20,000 bases of DNA from an uncultured virus (IMG/VR IMGVR_UViG_3300007169_000009) (IMGVR_UViG_3300007169_000009); one strand, 5' to 3'. Shown: positions 8,459-16,203, counted from the first letter of the stretch. Made by a program: numbers and translations. The notes: generated by a model from the letters alone, not told the origin.

Positions 8459-9241
8459 ATGGAAACCATTAAGCTTGACAGCTGCATTATTAAGATCCAC
8501 CAAGATGAAATCTGCCTAAATCCAAGAAAAGAGTTTGATTGCTTCCCTGGAACGTTTGTTTGCTTTCATCCGCGTTACGACCTTGGGGACGTGAATCCAA
8601 GATGCTCCCCAGACGAGTACAAGCTCCAAATGATGCAAGACAGGGAGTATAGCTTAAATAAAAAGTGGATTCCAGATGACATCAAGAAAGATCATGTTGA
8701 AGCCTACATTGCCAAGCATTTTGCAATGCTTCCAGTTTATGCGTATGAGCATGGAGACATTTGCATAAATGTTAAGCCTTTTGGATGTCGATGGGATAGC
8801 GGCCAGGTTGGCTTTATTTACATTTGCCGCAACTCTAAAGAGTACGACAATCTTGAAGCAGGCTTAGCTGGAGAGATCGAAGTCTTCAACGAGTTTCTTC
8901 AGGGCAATGTCTATAGCTTCACTATTTACGACCTTGATGGCGAGGTTTTAGAAAGTTCGGGTGGATACTACGGCATTGACAGCTGCAGGCAAGAGGCTAT
9001 TCACATTGCGTCAAGATTCAACCAAAAGCCTGAGCCATCGTCTTCCAGCTTTTTTCTAAATGTTGGCGAACGTGCTTGGCGCAAGATGCGCAAGTTTGCG
9101 CTTTGCACCCTACTGATTGCCTGCTCTCCACTTGCCGCCTCTTTCTTGACGGAAAAGTATGTAGAACTTGTAGAAAATAGATTAAAGGCGATGCAGTGCG
9201 ATAGCATACAGCGCATTTACGGTTCTAAAAAGTTCTGCTGA
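8459..9241 (+). CDS. hypothetical protein, 260 aa (LPVY.YEHG...F.C.WDSGQVGFIY family)
   Basis: ATG 8459; conserved motif I recall from mobile-element proteins; possible hydrophobic C-terminal extension. Confidence 0.8.
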   Translation: METIKLDSCIIKIHQDEICLNPRKEFDCFPGTFVCFHPRYDLGDVNPRCSPDEYKLQMMQDREYSLNKKWIPDDIKKDHVEAYIAKHFAMLPVYAYEHGDICINVKPFGCRWDSGQVGFIYICRNSKEYDNLEAGLAGEIEVFNEFLQGNVYSFTIYDLDGEVLESSGGYYGIDSCRQEAIHIASRFNQKPEPSSSSFFLNVGERAWRKMRKFALCTLLIACSPLAASFLTEKYVELVENRLKAMQCDSIQRIYGSKKFC

Positions 9242-9261
9242 TTAACTTGCAATCTTGGTCA

Positions 9262-9462
9262 ATGTCTTACACTCACCACATTTCAGTCAACTTCGCTACA
9301 AGCTTCAAGTCTGACATTGAAGACATTGAAGAAGCTTTTGACAAGTGGCTTGAATCATTTTCATCTGTGGATGACAGGCGACGGGCACTTCTTTCGACCG
9401 ATGAATCTACTAGATCAATCGTTGAAGGAGTTATTTTTATTGGCACTGACAAATCTTCATAG
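9262..9462 (+). CDS. hypothetical protein, 66 aa
   Basis: ATG 9262 within ORF-track frame. Confidence 0.65.
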   Translation: MSYTHHISVNFATSFKSDIEDIEEAFDKWLESFSSVDDRRRALLSTDESTRSIVEGVIFIGTDKSS

Positions 9463-9469
9463 CAAAACC

Positions 9470-9748
9470 ATGAACTTTCAGTCTATTGAGTACACTGTGC
9501 CCTCTAATTGGTTGTCCGTAATAGTCAATGGCGATGAAACGTCATTTGATTATTACGATGACCCAAAAGACTACAGAGCTTACAAAACATTTTGCAAGCA
9601 CGAAGTTAAGGATGCAATCGTGGAAGTTGCGAGTCAGGAGCCCTACTTTTCGCGTTCTCACGATGCAGAGCCATACGGAGTCTTGCCATGCCACGTAGCA
9701 GACTGCATCTTTCATTTTCCACTTGCTAAACAACTTGAACTTTCATGA
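9470..9748 (+). CDS. hypothetical phage protein, 92 aa (P..W.S..VNGD.S motif, DUF6926-like)
   Basis: ATG 9470; motif recognition only. Confidence 0.7.
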   Translation: MNFQSIEYTVPSNWLSVIVNGDETSFDYYDDPKDYRAYKTFCKHEVKDAIVEVASQEPYFSRSHDAEPYGVLPCHVADCIFHFPLAKQLELS

Positions 9749-10275
9749 CAACCCAGCAGCCTAGTTATTGGTGCATCAGAAACATCGGAGACGTTGATCC
9801 GTTGGAGCATAGAGGTGCTTTTGTCCTAGTTGACAGAACAGGTGTCTATTCTCCAGTCTTGCTCTTGCTGGAGCAGAAAACAGATTCTACCTATAACTTT
9901 TGGGATATTCAACTTGACAGGCTGATAAAAGTTCCCCCTGCATCCGAAGGAGGAGGCTATGGCTTATCAGATAACAGGCATTGGCCAGCCAAACACTGCT
10001 GGTTTGGTGAGCCAGAGAGTTTGCAGGGTCTTGCCAGCTTTTCCGGTAGACCACCTGATAGCTTGATAGATAGTTTTCTTTCAAGTTGTCCAGTGGAGCG
10101 GGCACTTGCATACCAAAGTGCTGCAGCTTACTATGGAGTGGAGAGATTCTCTTATCCGAGCTGTCTTTCAAGAGAAAAAGCTGAAGCCTTGTGCGATACA
10201 ATGCTTCATCAAATCCGACAATCACAAGGATGGCACAAAGGCTATGGAGTCACAAGCTATCATGATCAAGATTAG
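9745..10275 (+). CDS. hypothetical protein, 176 aa (NIGDVDPLEH.G.FV motif)
   Basis: ATGA coupling. Confidence 0.75.
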   Translation: MTTQQPSYWCIRNIGDVDPLEHRGAFVLVDRTGVYSPVLLLLEQKTDSTYNFWDIQLDRLIKVPPASEGGGYGLSDNRHWPAKHCWFGEPESLQGLASFSGRPPDSLIDSFLSSCPVERALAYQSAAAYYGVERFSYPSCLSREKAEALCDTMLHQIRQSQGWHKGYGVTSYHDQD

Positions 10276-10588
10276 AGGGAGTTTCCCAAAACCAAGAGCA
10301 AGCCTTGTCAAAGCCTTGGAAAAAAGGTTTGGCGAAAAAGATGGAAAGTTAAAGCTAGCTGCTTTAATGCTTGATGCTTGGAGTATCGGTCGAAAAACGT
10401 ATGTTGACGGCTATGTTTTCGCGCTGCATCGCCAGCACATACCTAATACCTGGAGGCTGGTACTCTTAAGCTTTGAAGATGAAACTAAATGCTTGACGAC
10501 TGACGAAGTAAAAGTTAAATCTGTCTCAGAGCTTCTTGGCGAAAGCGAAGAAGATGTTCAACTTTTCCTTGATTCACTTGCCCAATGA
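10262..10588 (+). CDS. hypothetical protein, 108 aa
   Basis: ATG 10262 overlapping upstream gene end. Confidence 0.7.
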   Translation: MIKIRGSFPKPRASLVKALEKRFGEKDGKLKLAALMLDAWSIGRKTYVDGYVFALHRQHIPNTWRLVLLSFEDETKCLTTDEVKVKSVSELLGESEEDVQLFLDSLAQ

Positions 10589-10860
10589 CTGAATCCAAAA
10601 GCTTCAAGTGGCTTCGTTCAATCCACAAGGCTACATGCTACGACAAGAAAACCGAGCTTACTTTCTCGGTAACGCAAAATCAAGACTCAAGCTCAAATGT
10701 TGATAAGTTTGCGTACAGGTGCGTGGACAGTCATCGAAGGTTGATTTTCGATAGAAAGATCAACTTTGCGACTGCACTTGTTGTAGTCAACTCTTGGGAG
10801 GGCGAAGTTGAGATTGAAGAGTATGCTCCACCAGGCAACACATTGCAGGTTGCAGGCTAA
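10585..10860 (+). CDS. hypothetical protein, 91 aa
   Basis: ATGA coupling; 3' end runs into the heptamer run of cassette 3. Confidence 0.7.
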   Translation: MTESKSFKWLRSIHKATCYDKKTELTFSVTQNQDSSSNVDKFAYRCVDSHRRLIFDRKINFATALVVVNSWEGEVEIEEYAPPGNTLQVAG

Positions 10861-10888
10861 AGGGCACAGGTTCACTATCCAGCAAGTT

Positions 10889-10928
10889 GCGGGCAGGGCG
10901 GGTAAGTTGCCGGCCAGGCCCGCTTTTT
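10889..10928 (+). terminator. probable intrinsic terminator
   Basis: GCGGGC...GCCCGC stem followed by TTTTT; same position as in cassette 1. Confidence 0.55.
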
Positions 10929-10953
10929 ACTGGCAAACCGGCCAGAACTTTAC

Positions 10954-11015
10954 TGTTAAGCATTCTTTATCTTATGGCGTTTTGGCTACCTTGAGGGAGA
11001 GTTGTGTGCTATAAT
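10954..11015 (+). promoter_or_regulatory. extended -10 sigma70 promoter (cassette 3) with conserved upstream box
   Basis: TGcTATAAT (-10 at 11010-11015); box TGTTAAGCATTCTTTATCTTATGG at 10954-10977; no canonical -35 at 17 bp. Confidence 0.8.
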
Positions 11016-11078
11016 GGCGGTGTCGGGAAAGTTATGGCTTGCCCGGCGGCTTACCTTGCAGTTTACAGGTTACAGGCT

Positions 11079-11381
11079 ATGGACAGCATTTTTTCTCACG
11101 CTAACAGATTGATCTGCAGCTTTGACTTTGTTAAAGTTCAGAGGATGATGGCAGCAGTTGACTGGAAGTGGGGCGGCCCTTACATGAATGGCGAGTTAGG
11201 ACTTCCGACAATCGACGCGATGCAGTCGCAAGCTCATAGCTTAATCCTTGAAGCTCACCGGCTGGACTGCAACTGTTCGGCTGGCGGCTTTGAAGCTTAC
11301 TGGATCCGCCAGGGACAGGTTGCAGGTTACAAAGGCAATGGCTACATCGGGCTTCGCTTCATTGGAGCCGAACTTCACTGA
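11079..11381 (+). CDS. hypothetical protein, 100 aa (FDF.KV...M....W.W motif)
   Basis: ATG following the cassette 3 heptamer leader. Confidence 0.75.
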   Translation: MDSIFSHANRLICSFDFVKVQRMMAAVDWKWGGPYMNGELGLPTIDAMQSQAHSLILEAHRLDCNCSAGGFEAYWIRQGQVAGYKGNGYIGLRFIGAELH

Positions 11382-11422
11382 TTCAGTTTTTAAGTTTTAA
11401 CAGCAAATCTCGCAACTTTACC

Positions 11423-11620
11423 ATGGCTACTTACAAGACCGTCCTCTTCCAGTTCAACGGTTCTTCGCGAACATTGGATCGTGGTCTTACGCTGGAGGAA
11501 GCGCAAGCAATCTGCAAGCATTCAGATTCCAGCAGCAAAACCTGCAGGGACAACTCGCGACTGGACAGATGGGGGCGGGATCGCAGCAATCCCTGGTTCA
11601 TTGGTTACACCGAAGAGTGA
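11423..11620 (+). CDS. small phage protein, 65 aa (GLTLEEAQA.C...SS.T...WF.GY.EE)
   Basis: ORF track; motif I recall from uncharacterised phage proteins. Confidence 0.8.
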   Translation: MATYKTVLFQFNGSSRTLDRGLTLEEAQAICKHSDSSSKTCRDNSRLDRWGRDRSNPWFIGYTEE

Positions 11621-11651
11621 TCACCGTCAACCTTACATTGCAATCTTCACA

Positions 11652-11867
11652 ATGGCAACCTTCATTCTGCCAACTGGCAGGCAAGTCGAGAAAGATGCAG
11701 CTTACTGCGTGAGCACAAAGGCTAGAGGCCGCTGGAGCGCAAAGTTTTTCAAGAGCTTCAAGGGTGCAGACAATGAGTTCAGGTCTGTGAGGGCGCACCT
11801 TCGCAACCCGGACATGGTTGCTTACTACGACTTGCAGGAAGTCAAACTGATCAAGCCCGAAGCTTGA
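11652..11867 (+). CDS. hypothetical protein, 71 aa
   Basis: ATG 11652 with pyrimidine-rich leader. Confidence 0.7.
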   Translation: MATFILPTGRQVEKDAAYCVSTKARGRWSAKFFKSFKGADNEFRSVRAHLRNPDMVAYYDLQEVKLIKPEA

Positions 11868-11898
11868 TTCTTAACCATCAACTTTACAGATTTCAGCA

Positions 11899-12537
11899 AT
11901 GAGCAATCTTGTTTACGACAAAGAACTGCCTGGCTACATCGAGCCACCTTGCCCGGCTGCACCTTGCAAGCCGGAGGCGCTACCTCTCGACCACTGCCTG
12001 ACGGCAGAGGCTGGAGGTTCCAACATCGAGGCGATTCTTCCTTGCACCAACTGCAAGGGAGCTGGCCACAGGCTGAAGGATGGCTTCAGCTACGACACAG
12101 AGCAGGGGGAGCGTAGATCGTTCCCTACACATTGGAAGCAGTGCCATTGCTGCAATGGAGCTGGATGGTTCCATGCTCCAAGGCCGAGCGATCTGATCAA
12201 GCAGGTTACAGGACGCAAGCCCCGCACCCTGAAGTCAAAGAGGCCGGACGATGCACGTCAATACTACGTCTGGCGACTTGCCAGATTCCATGGTGGCAAA
12301 GATGTTTGTATGCCTATGGGTGCCGAAGTGGAGGTTTCAGGCGATCCCTACAGGGATGTTCTTGACGAACTTGCAAGATTGATCGCCAAAGCTTACTTTG
12401 GCAGCGGCAACGTTGGAACTGCAAGATGGCAACAGGCTATGTACGGAAGCCACAGCTTCGATGATCTTCCGCCATACCTTGATGGCCCAGTTCATGATGG
12501 CAACAAGCCACTTGATGAAATGTTGGAGACAATGTGA
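11899..12537 (+). CDS. protein with DnaJ-type CxxCxGxG zinc finger
   Basis: CTNCKGAG and CHCCNGAG repeats. Confidence 0.8.
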   Translation: MSNLVYDKELPGYIEPPCPAAPCKPEALPLDHCLTAEAGGSNIEAILPCTNCKGAGHRLKDGFSYDTEQGERRSFPTHWKQCHCCNGAGWFHAPRPSDLIKQVTGRKPRTLKSKRPDDARQYYVWRLARFHGGKDVCMPMGAEVEVSGDPYRDVLDELARLIAKAYFGSGNVGTARWQQAMYGSHSFDDLPPYLDGPVHDGNKPLDEMLETM

Positions 12538-12689
12538 TGCGGGATACAGTTTGGGAAGATAAGCACAAGACTCGATGGCGGGTGATTGACGCTGCTCTCA
12601 GCCATCTTGTGCTTAAAAGTGTGAGCGGCGAGGCTCGATCAAGAATCAAGTGGGAAACACTTCTCAGGGAATACACGAGAGTTTCCTGA
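12537..12689 (+). CDS. hypothetical protein, 50 aa (MRDTVWEDKHKTRWRV...)
   Basis: Translated by hand; TGATG coupling. Confidence 0.6.
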   Translation: MRDTVWEDKHKTRWRVIDAALSHLVLKSVSGEARSRIKWETLLREYTRVS

Positions 12690-12696
12690 TCACAGC

Positions 12697-12728
12697 TTTA
12701 AGTTTGGCGGAGTGCCGGAAACCGCCAA
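12697..12728 (+). repeat. conserved intergenic hairpin, copy A
   Basis: TTTAAGT-TTGGCGG-AGTGCCGGAAA-CCGCCAA; homologous to 15423 and 15716. Confidence 0.7.
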
Positions 12729-12749
12729 CTATCCACCTGCCTTTTAACA

Positions 12750-12905
12750 GTGAAAACGATCCACGTCACAGTTAAGCTTTGCATCAGCGATCATGCGGAT
12801 GCCTACGAAGTGGTAGAAGACTGTAGTTACAGTTTTGAGCATGGAGACATTCTCGAAACCGAGATTGTCAACGTTTGTGATGAAAACAATATGAACGTTT
12901 TTTGA
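12750..12905 (+). CDS. small acidic protein, 51 aa (MKTIHVTVKLCISD...)
   Basis: Translated by hand from GTG 12750; fills the gap after hairpin A. Confidence 0.6.
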   Translation: MKTIHVTVKLCISDHADAYEVVEDCSYSFEHGDILETEIVNVCDENNMNVF

Positions 12906-12935
12906 TTCTTCAACCATCAATCCTGCTAGCCTGCT

Positions 12936-13259
12936 ATGACAAGCTCTGAATCCTGGAGAAAGCTGTTTACAGTTTCTACTGAGCTTTCCTACTTTCTGGA
13001 TCATTCTTTGGCTGAAATGGAAGACCTTAAACAGTGGGGCCGCGTATCTGACAGGATCTATCGTCACTACTGTTTCCTGTGGTTGTGGAGCGCATGGCGC
13101 CAAGATTACAGGCACGATCAGTTTTATCGCAAGTTTGGGTATTTGCGCTATTGGAAGCGCATTGAAAGGGTGAAGGCCGTAGTTGAGAGGATCAGGCCGC
13201 TGAGGGTCCAGGTTCCGAGCGAACACGCTCCATTCTCACTTGGCACGTTGAACCGATGA
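12936..13259 (+). CDS. hypothetical protein, 107 aa, Trp/Arg/Tyr-rich
   Basis: ORF track; ATGA coupling downstream. Confidence 0.7.
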   Translation: MTSSESWRKLFTVSTELSYFLDHSLAEMEDLKQWGRVSDRIYRHYCFLWLWSAWRQDYRHDQFYRKFGYLRYWKRIERVKAVVERIRPLRVQVPSEHAPFSLGTLNR

Positions 13260-13432
13260 CGCAGCGAACTTGGAAGCCTGCTGGCAAGGTTGATCTTGTC
13301 GGATTGGAGGATCGACTTTCCTCCGACAAGAAGGTGGTTACAGCCTGGTTCCCAGATCGCGGAGCTTGCTACATGATTGTTGATAGCAAGTCATCTTACA
13401 GCCGCAAGCACAAGCCAAAGGTTATTTACTAA
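13256..13432 (+). CDS. hypothetical protein, 58 aa (MTQRTWKPAGKV...)
   Basis: Translated by hand; coupled at both ends (ATGA, TAATG). Confidence 0.65.
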   Translation: MTQRTWKPAGKVDLVGLEDRLSSDKKVVTAWFPDRGACYMIVDSKSSYSRKHKPKVIY

Positions 13433-13776
13433 TGAACACTTCCGACAAGCGCACACTCCTTCTTATGGGAAGGAGCTTCCAGCATTATGCAGCGCACCTC
13501 AAGACTTGCGGGACTCCAGAGGCCAAGATCGAACTTTCCGAAGTCAGCACAATGCTTCTTCTCTTAGACGAGGAACTTCACAGCCTGGAGACTGCAGAAC
13601 AGGCTCAGGAAGAAGACACCTCAAGATGGGATGTTGTAGCCTTGGATGATGAAGGCAACTGGAAAACCCTGCTCGCAAACGTGAGCTACCACGATGCGGA
13701 CAACAAGGTTGATCGTTACACCGATCAGTTTCCGCACGCAATCATTGATGTTATTCCCCACAACTCCAATGCCTGA
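13432..13776 (+). CDS. hypothetical protein, 114 aa
   Basis: TAATG coupling. Confidence 0.75.
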   Translation: MNTSDKRTLLLMGRSFQHYAAHLKTCGTPEAKIELSEVSTMLLLLDEELHSLETAEQAQEEDTSRWDVVALDDEGNWKTLLANVSYHDADNKVDRYTDQFPHAIIDVIPHNSNA

Positions 13777-14224
13777 AATCTGCATCTTTGATCCCAGCTC
13801 AAAGTATGGGAATGGTATTTACTCCTTCATGGTTCCGGGCTCTAACTCCGGGGTCCTGGTCTGCGAGTTCGGAGGTGAAACCCTGGAGGAGCTGAGGTCG
13901 CAGGGCAAAGTTTCACCAGAGGCCTTCCTGTGCCCCTGGGAGGAGGCTGAAGCTCACTGCCTGGGTCTTGCCCGCCAAAGGTACTGCAGAGGGCCTGAGA
14001 GGGTTTCCCGCGAACGTTGGTGGGAGCTGCTTGAAGCCATGCCCCCTGCGCGTTGGAGGTCACTCCCTGGTGGCGAAATCTTCATGGTTGCAGAGCCCAT
14101 TGCATCCGACCTTTACAGATTTGGAGTTCGCATTGGCGAAGAATACTTCTCCATTGTTGAAGACTGCGACATTGAAGACAGCAGATTGATTGATCTTTGC
14201 AAAGCTGAGGTGCCTGGCCAATGA
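13769..14224 (+). CDS. DUF1419-like protein
   Basis: ERWWELLEAMPPARW...EIFMVAEP...FGVRIGEEYF matches the pattern I recall for DUF1419. Confidence 0.7.
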   Translation: MPEICIFDPSSKYGNGIYSFMVPGSNSGVLVCEFGGETLEELRSQGKVSPEAFLCPWEEAEAHCLGLARQRYCRGPERVSRERWWELLEAMPPARWRSLPGGEIFMVAEPIASDLYRFGVRIGEEYFSIVEDCDIEDSRLIDLCKAEVPGQ

Positions 14225-14490
14225 TTGCTGAAGACTACCTGCTTTACGTTGAAGAAGATAGCGCAGACTTCACACGTCGCACTATTGCTCGCGGGATTCT
14301 TTGGGCAGACCAAAGTTGCAGGATTAGCGGCACCTTGAGTCTTGCAATCCGCAGGTCTGGTGCTGCAGGTGCAGAGACGCTAGTTTGCCATCTTATTGCT
14401 TCTGGCTTGACAACACAGGCTGAAGTTCCCAGGTTCTTGAATAAGAACAGGGAGGCAATCTTGCAGCTTCTTGAGGAAGCAAAAGCCTAG
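14221..14490 (+). CDS. hypothetical protein, 89 aa
   Basis: ATGA coupling. Confidence 0.7.
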   Translation: MIAEDYLLYVEEDSADFTRRTIARGILWADQSCRISGTLSLAIRRSGAAGAETLVCHLIASGLTTQAEVPRFLNKNREAILQLLEEAKA

Positions 14491-14523
14491 CTACAGTTTA
14501 ATCGCAAACCTCGCTTTCTACCA

Positions 14524-14952
14524 ATGAGCTTTCTGAATCTTACAGTTGTCAGCGATGATGGCTCGTACTTCTCGGCCACCAGCGCATACCTTGTTGATAC
14601 AGCTACGTTCAGCGAGGAAGACCTTGAGGATTTCAACGATGGATCTGACAGCGACCGGGCGGAGATTGCAGCTGCAAACGGAATCCCGCTATCAGAAGCG
14701 TTGAGCAATAAAGGAATGAAGTTCGTAAGCTCACTGGTTATCTACTCTGGTGATCTTTACGATGAAGATGCTCCAGAGTATTGCTACTACATTCCTTGTA
14801 TTACTGGCAACCGCTACATTGTTGATTGCTTGATTGTCGATAGATTTGGCAGGTTGCACCCTAAATTTCAACATGGGGTGCCAGTTGCAGTTCACACGCT
14901 GACTCCTGTTGGAGACAACACGATGATGCCATTGCCAGAGGTTGAAGGCTAA
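14524..14952 (+). CDS. acidic hypothetical protein, 142 aa
   Basis: ORF track; ends in the heptamer run of cassette 4. Confidence 0.75.
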   Translation: MSFLNLTVVSDDGSYFSATSAYLVDTATFSEEDLEDFNDGSDSDRAEIAAANGIPLSEALSNKGMKFVSSLVIYSGDLYDEDAPEYCYYIPCITGNRYIVDCLIVDRFGRLHPKFQHGVPVAVHTLTPVGDNTMMPLPEVEG

Positions 14953-15007
14953 AGGTTAAAGGCCAAAGGTTCACTATCGGGCAAGTTGCGGGGTCGCGCA
15001 GAGTTTG

Positions 15008-15044
15008 GGGCTGTCGGGCGGTGATCTTACCGCCCTGGCGGCCC
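15008..15044 (+). terminator. long GC-rich hairpin in the terminator position of cassette 4
   Basis: GGGCTGTC-GGGCGGT...ACCGCCC-T-GGCGGCCC; weak U-tract (TTAGCTTATT). Confidence 0.55.
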
Positions 15045-15053
15045 TTAGCTTAT

Positions 15054-15115
15054 TGTTAAGGATTCCTTACCTTATGGGGAATCGGCTACTTTACGGGTCG
15101 CTTGTGTGGTATAAT
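15054..15115 (+). promoter_or_regulatory. extended -10 sigma70 promoter (cassette 4) with conserved upstream box
   Basis: TGgTATAAT (-10 at 15110-15115); box TGTTAAGGATTCCTTACCTTATGG at 15054-15077. Confidence 0.8.
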
Positions 15116-15171
15116 GGGATGGCTGGGAAAGTTGTGGCTTGCCCGGCGGTTCATCTTACAGGTTAAAGGTT

Positions 15172-15420
15172 ATGGCTATTTACTTTGCGCAAGCGAACCT
15201 AGACGTTGCGTTTAGCAGAAACAAGCGCAAAGTGCGCAGGTTCGCCAAGCGCCACCTCCCGTTTGGGGACTTGCACGTGAGGGTTGGAACCTGCACTTGG
15301 CAGGTTTTTGCATCAAAAGACAACTTTATTGACCAGTTTGGCTATTCAATGATCTACGACCTGGATCAAAGGTTAGTTTTTCGGCCAGACCTTTCTGTAG
15401 TTCGTACCATGCGCTTCTAA
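15172..15420 (+). CDS. hypothetical protein, 82 aa
   Basis: ATG after the cassette 4 heptamer leader. Confidence 0.7.
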   Translation: MAIYFAQANLDVAFSRNKRKVRRFAKRHLPFGDLHVRVGTCTWQVFASKDNFIDQFGYSMIYDLDQRLVFRPDLSVVRTMRF

Positions 15421-15422
15421 TC

Positions 15423-15461
15423 TTGAAGTTTGCAGGAGTTCCCGAAACCTGCAATGTAAAC
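15423..15461 (+). repeat. conserved intergenic hairpin, copy B (39-bp direct repeat)
   Basis: TTGAAGTTTGCAGGAGTTCCCGAAACCTGCAATGTAAAC. Confidence 0.85.
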
Positions 15462-15477
15462 TTTGCTTTTTAATGCT

Positions 15478-15705
15478 ATGGCAGTCCACTCTCAATCAGC
15501 CTACAGCCTGCAGTTTCTGGTAACACTGCCAGGAGGTTCAACGCAGTGGGTGACGCACTGCCAGACAAGTTCAGAGAGTGAGGCGTGGGATCTTCTCTCG
15601 TTGTTCGAGAGGGCTTACAGCTCAAAGCGTTGGAGGTGGATTCTCCAAGCGCAAGACTCACAGTTCAGTCATGTGAGGCCTGACAATACGCCTACAGTTT
15701 GCTGA
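15478..15705 (+). CDS. hypothetical protein, 75 aa, flanked by 39-bp direct repeats
   Basis: ATG 15478. Confidence 0.65.
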   Translation: MAVHSQSAYSLQFLVTLPGGSTQWVTHCQTSSESEAWDLLSLFERAYSSKRWRWILQAQDSQFSHVRPDNTPTVC

Positions 15706-15715
15706 TAGGCATAGA

Positions 15716-15754
15716 TTGAAGTTTGCAAGAGTTCCTGAAACCTGCAATGTAAAC
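15716..15754 (+). repeat. conserved intergenic hairpin, copy C (39-bp direct repeat)
   Basis: TTGAAGTTTGCAAGAGTTCCTGAAACCTGCAATGTAAAC; 2 mismatches to copy B. Confidence 0.85.
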
Positions 15755-15769
15755 CCTGACCTAAAAGCC

Positions 15770-16174
15770 ATGACGCTAGCAAATGCTCTTCAAAGTTGCA
15801 CCACAAACCTTGAGTGGCGCAGTTCGTCATTGTGGGCTACACCGCACCCGAACGATCTTTATAGCAGCGAGATAATAACTTTTGCCGCAGCCGGGCGAAC
15901 GGAAGTCTGCAGTTTTCACATTAGCAGAATGAAGTTGATACTTTGTAGGAAGACTTGGTGCAGCTGGCAAGAGACCCCTGCTGTTACATACTACAGCATG
16001 GGAGAGTTCACGGAGCCAATCGCAAGCTCACTGGCTTCGCTTGAGGGGCAAGCAAGCAAGATAAAAGAATACGCAGATTACATTATCAATGGATTCAGGA
16101 AATACGGCAACCTTGGCCATTGTCCATCTTTCGAGATTATTGATGATGTAGACGAGAACTTCAATCCTATCTGA
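15770..16174 (+). CDS. hypothetical protein, 134 aa
   Basis: AAAGCC-ATG start after hairpin C. Confidence 0.7.
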   Translation: MTLANALQSCTTNLEWRSSSLWATPHPNDLYSSEIITFAAAGRTEVCSFHISRMKLILCRKTWCSWQETPAVTYYSMGEFTEPIASSLASLEGQASKIKEYADYIINGFRKYGNLGHCPSFEIIDDVDENFNPI

Positions 16175-16203
16175 AGGTTTAATCACACATTGCTTTTTAA
16201 GCT

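Noticed and set aside
10991..10996. TTGAGG as the -35 of promoter 3
   Set aside because: Only 13 bp from the -10; the promoter is better explained as an extended -10 type.
12744..13226. 160-aa minus-strand ORF, and the other minus-strand ORFs in the track
   Set aside because: They overlap well-formed, coupled + strand genes in a uniformly + strand region and show no recognisable motifs.
15423..15754. 39-bp palindromic repeats containing GAAAC as a CRISPR array
   Set aside because: Only two close copies, separated by 254 bp containing a gene; no regular spacers and no cas genes.
15702..15754. Hammerhead ribozyme (CTGATAG...GAAAC)
   Set aside because: No CUGANGA core with correctly placed stems I-III, and the other copies lack the upstream motif.
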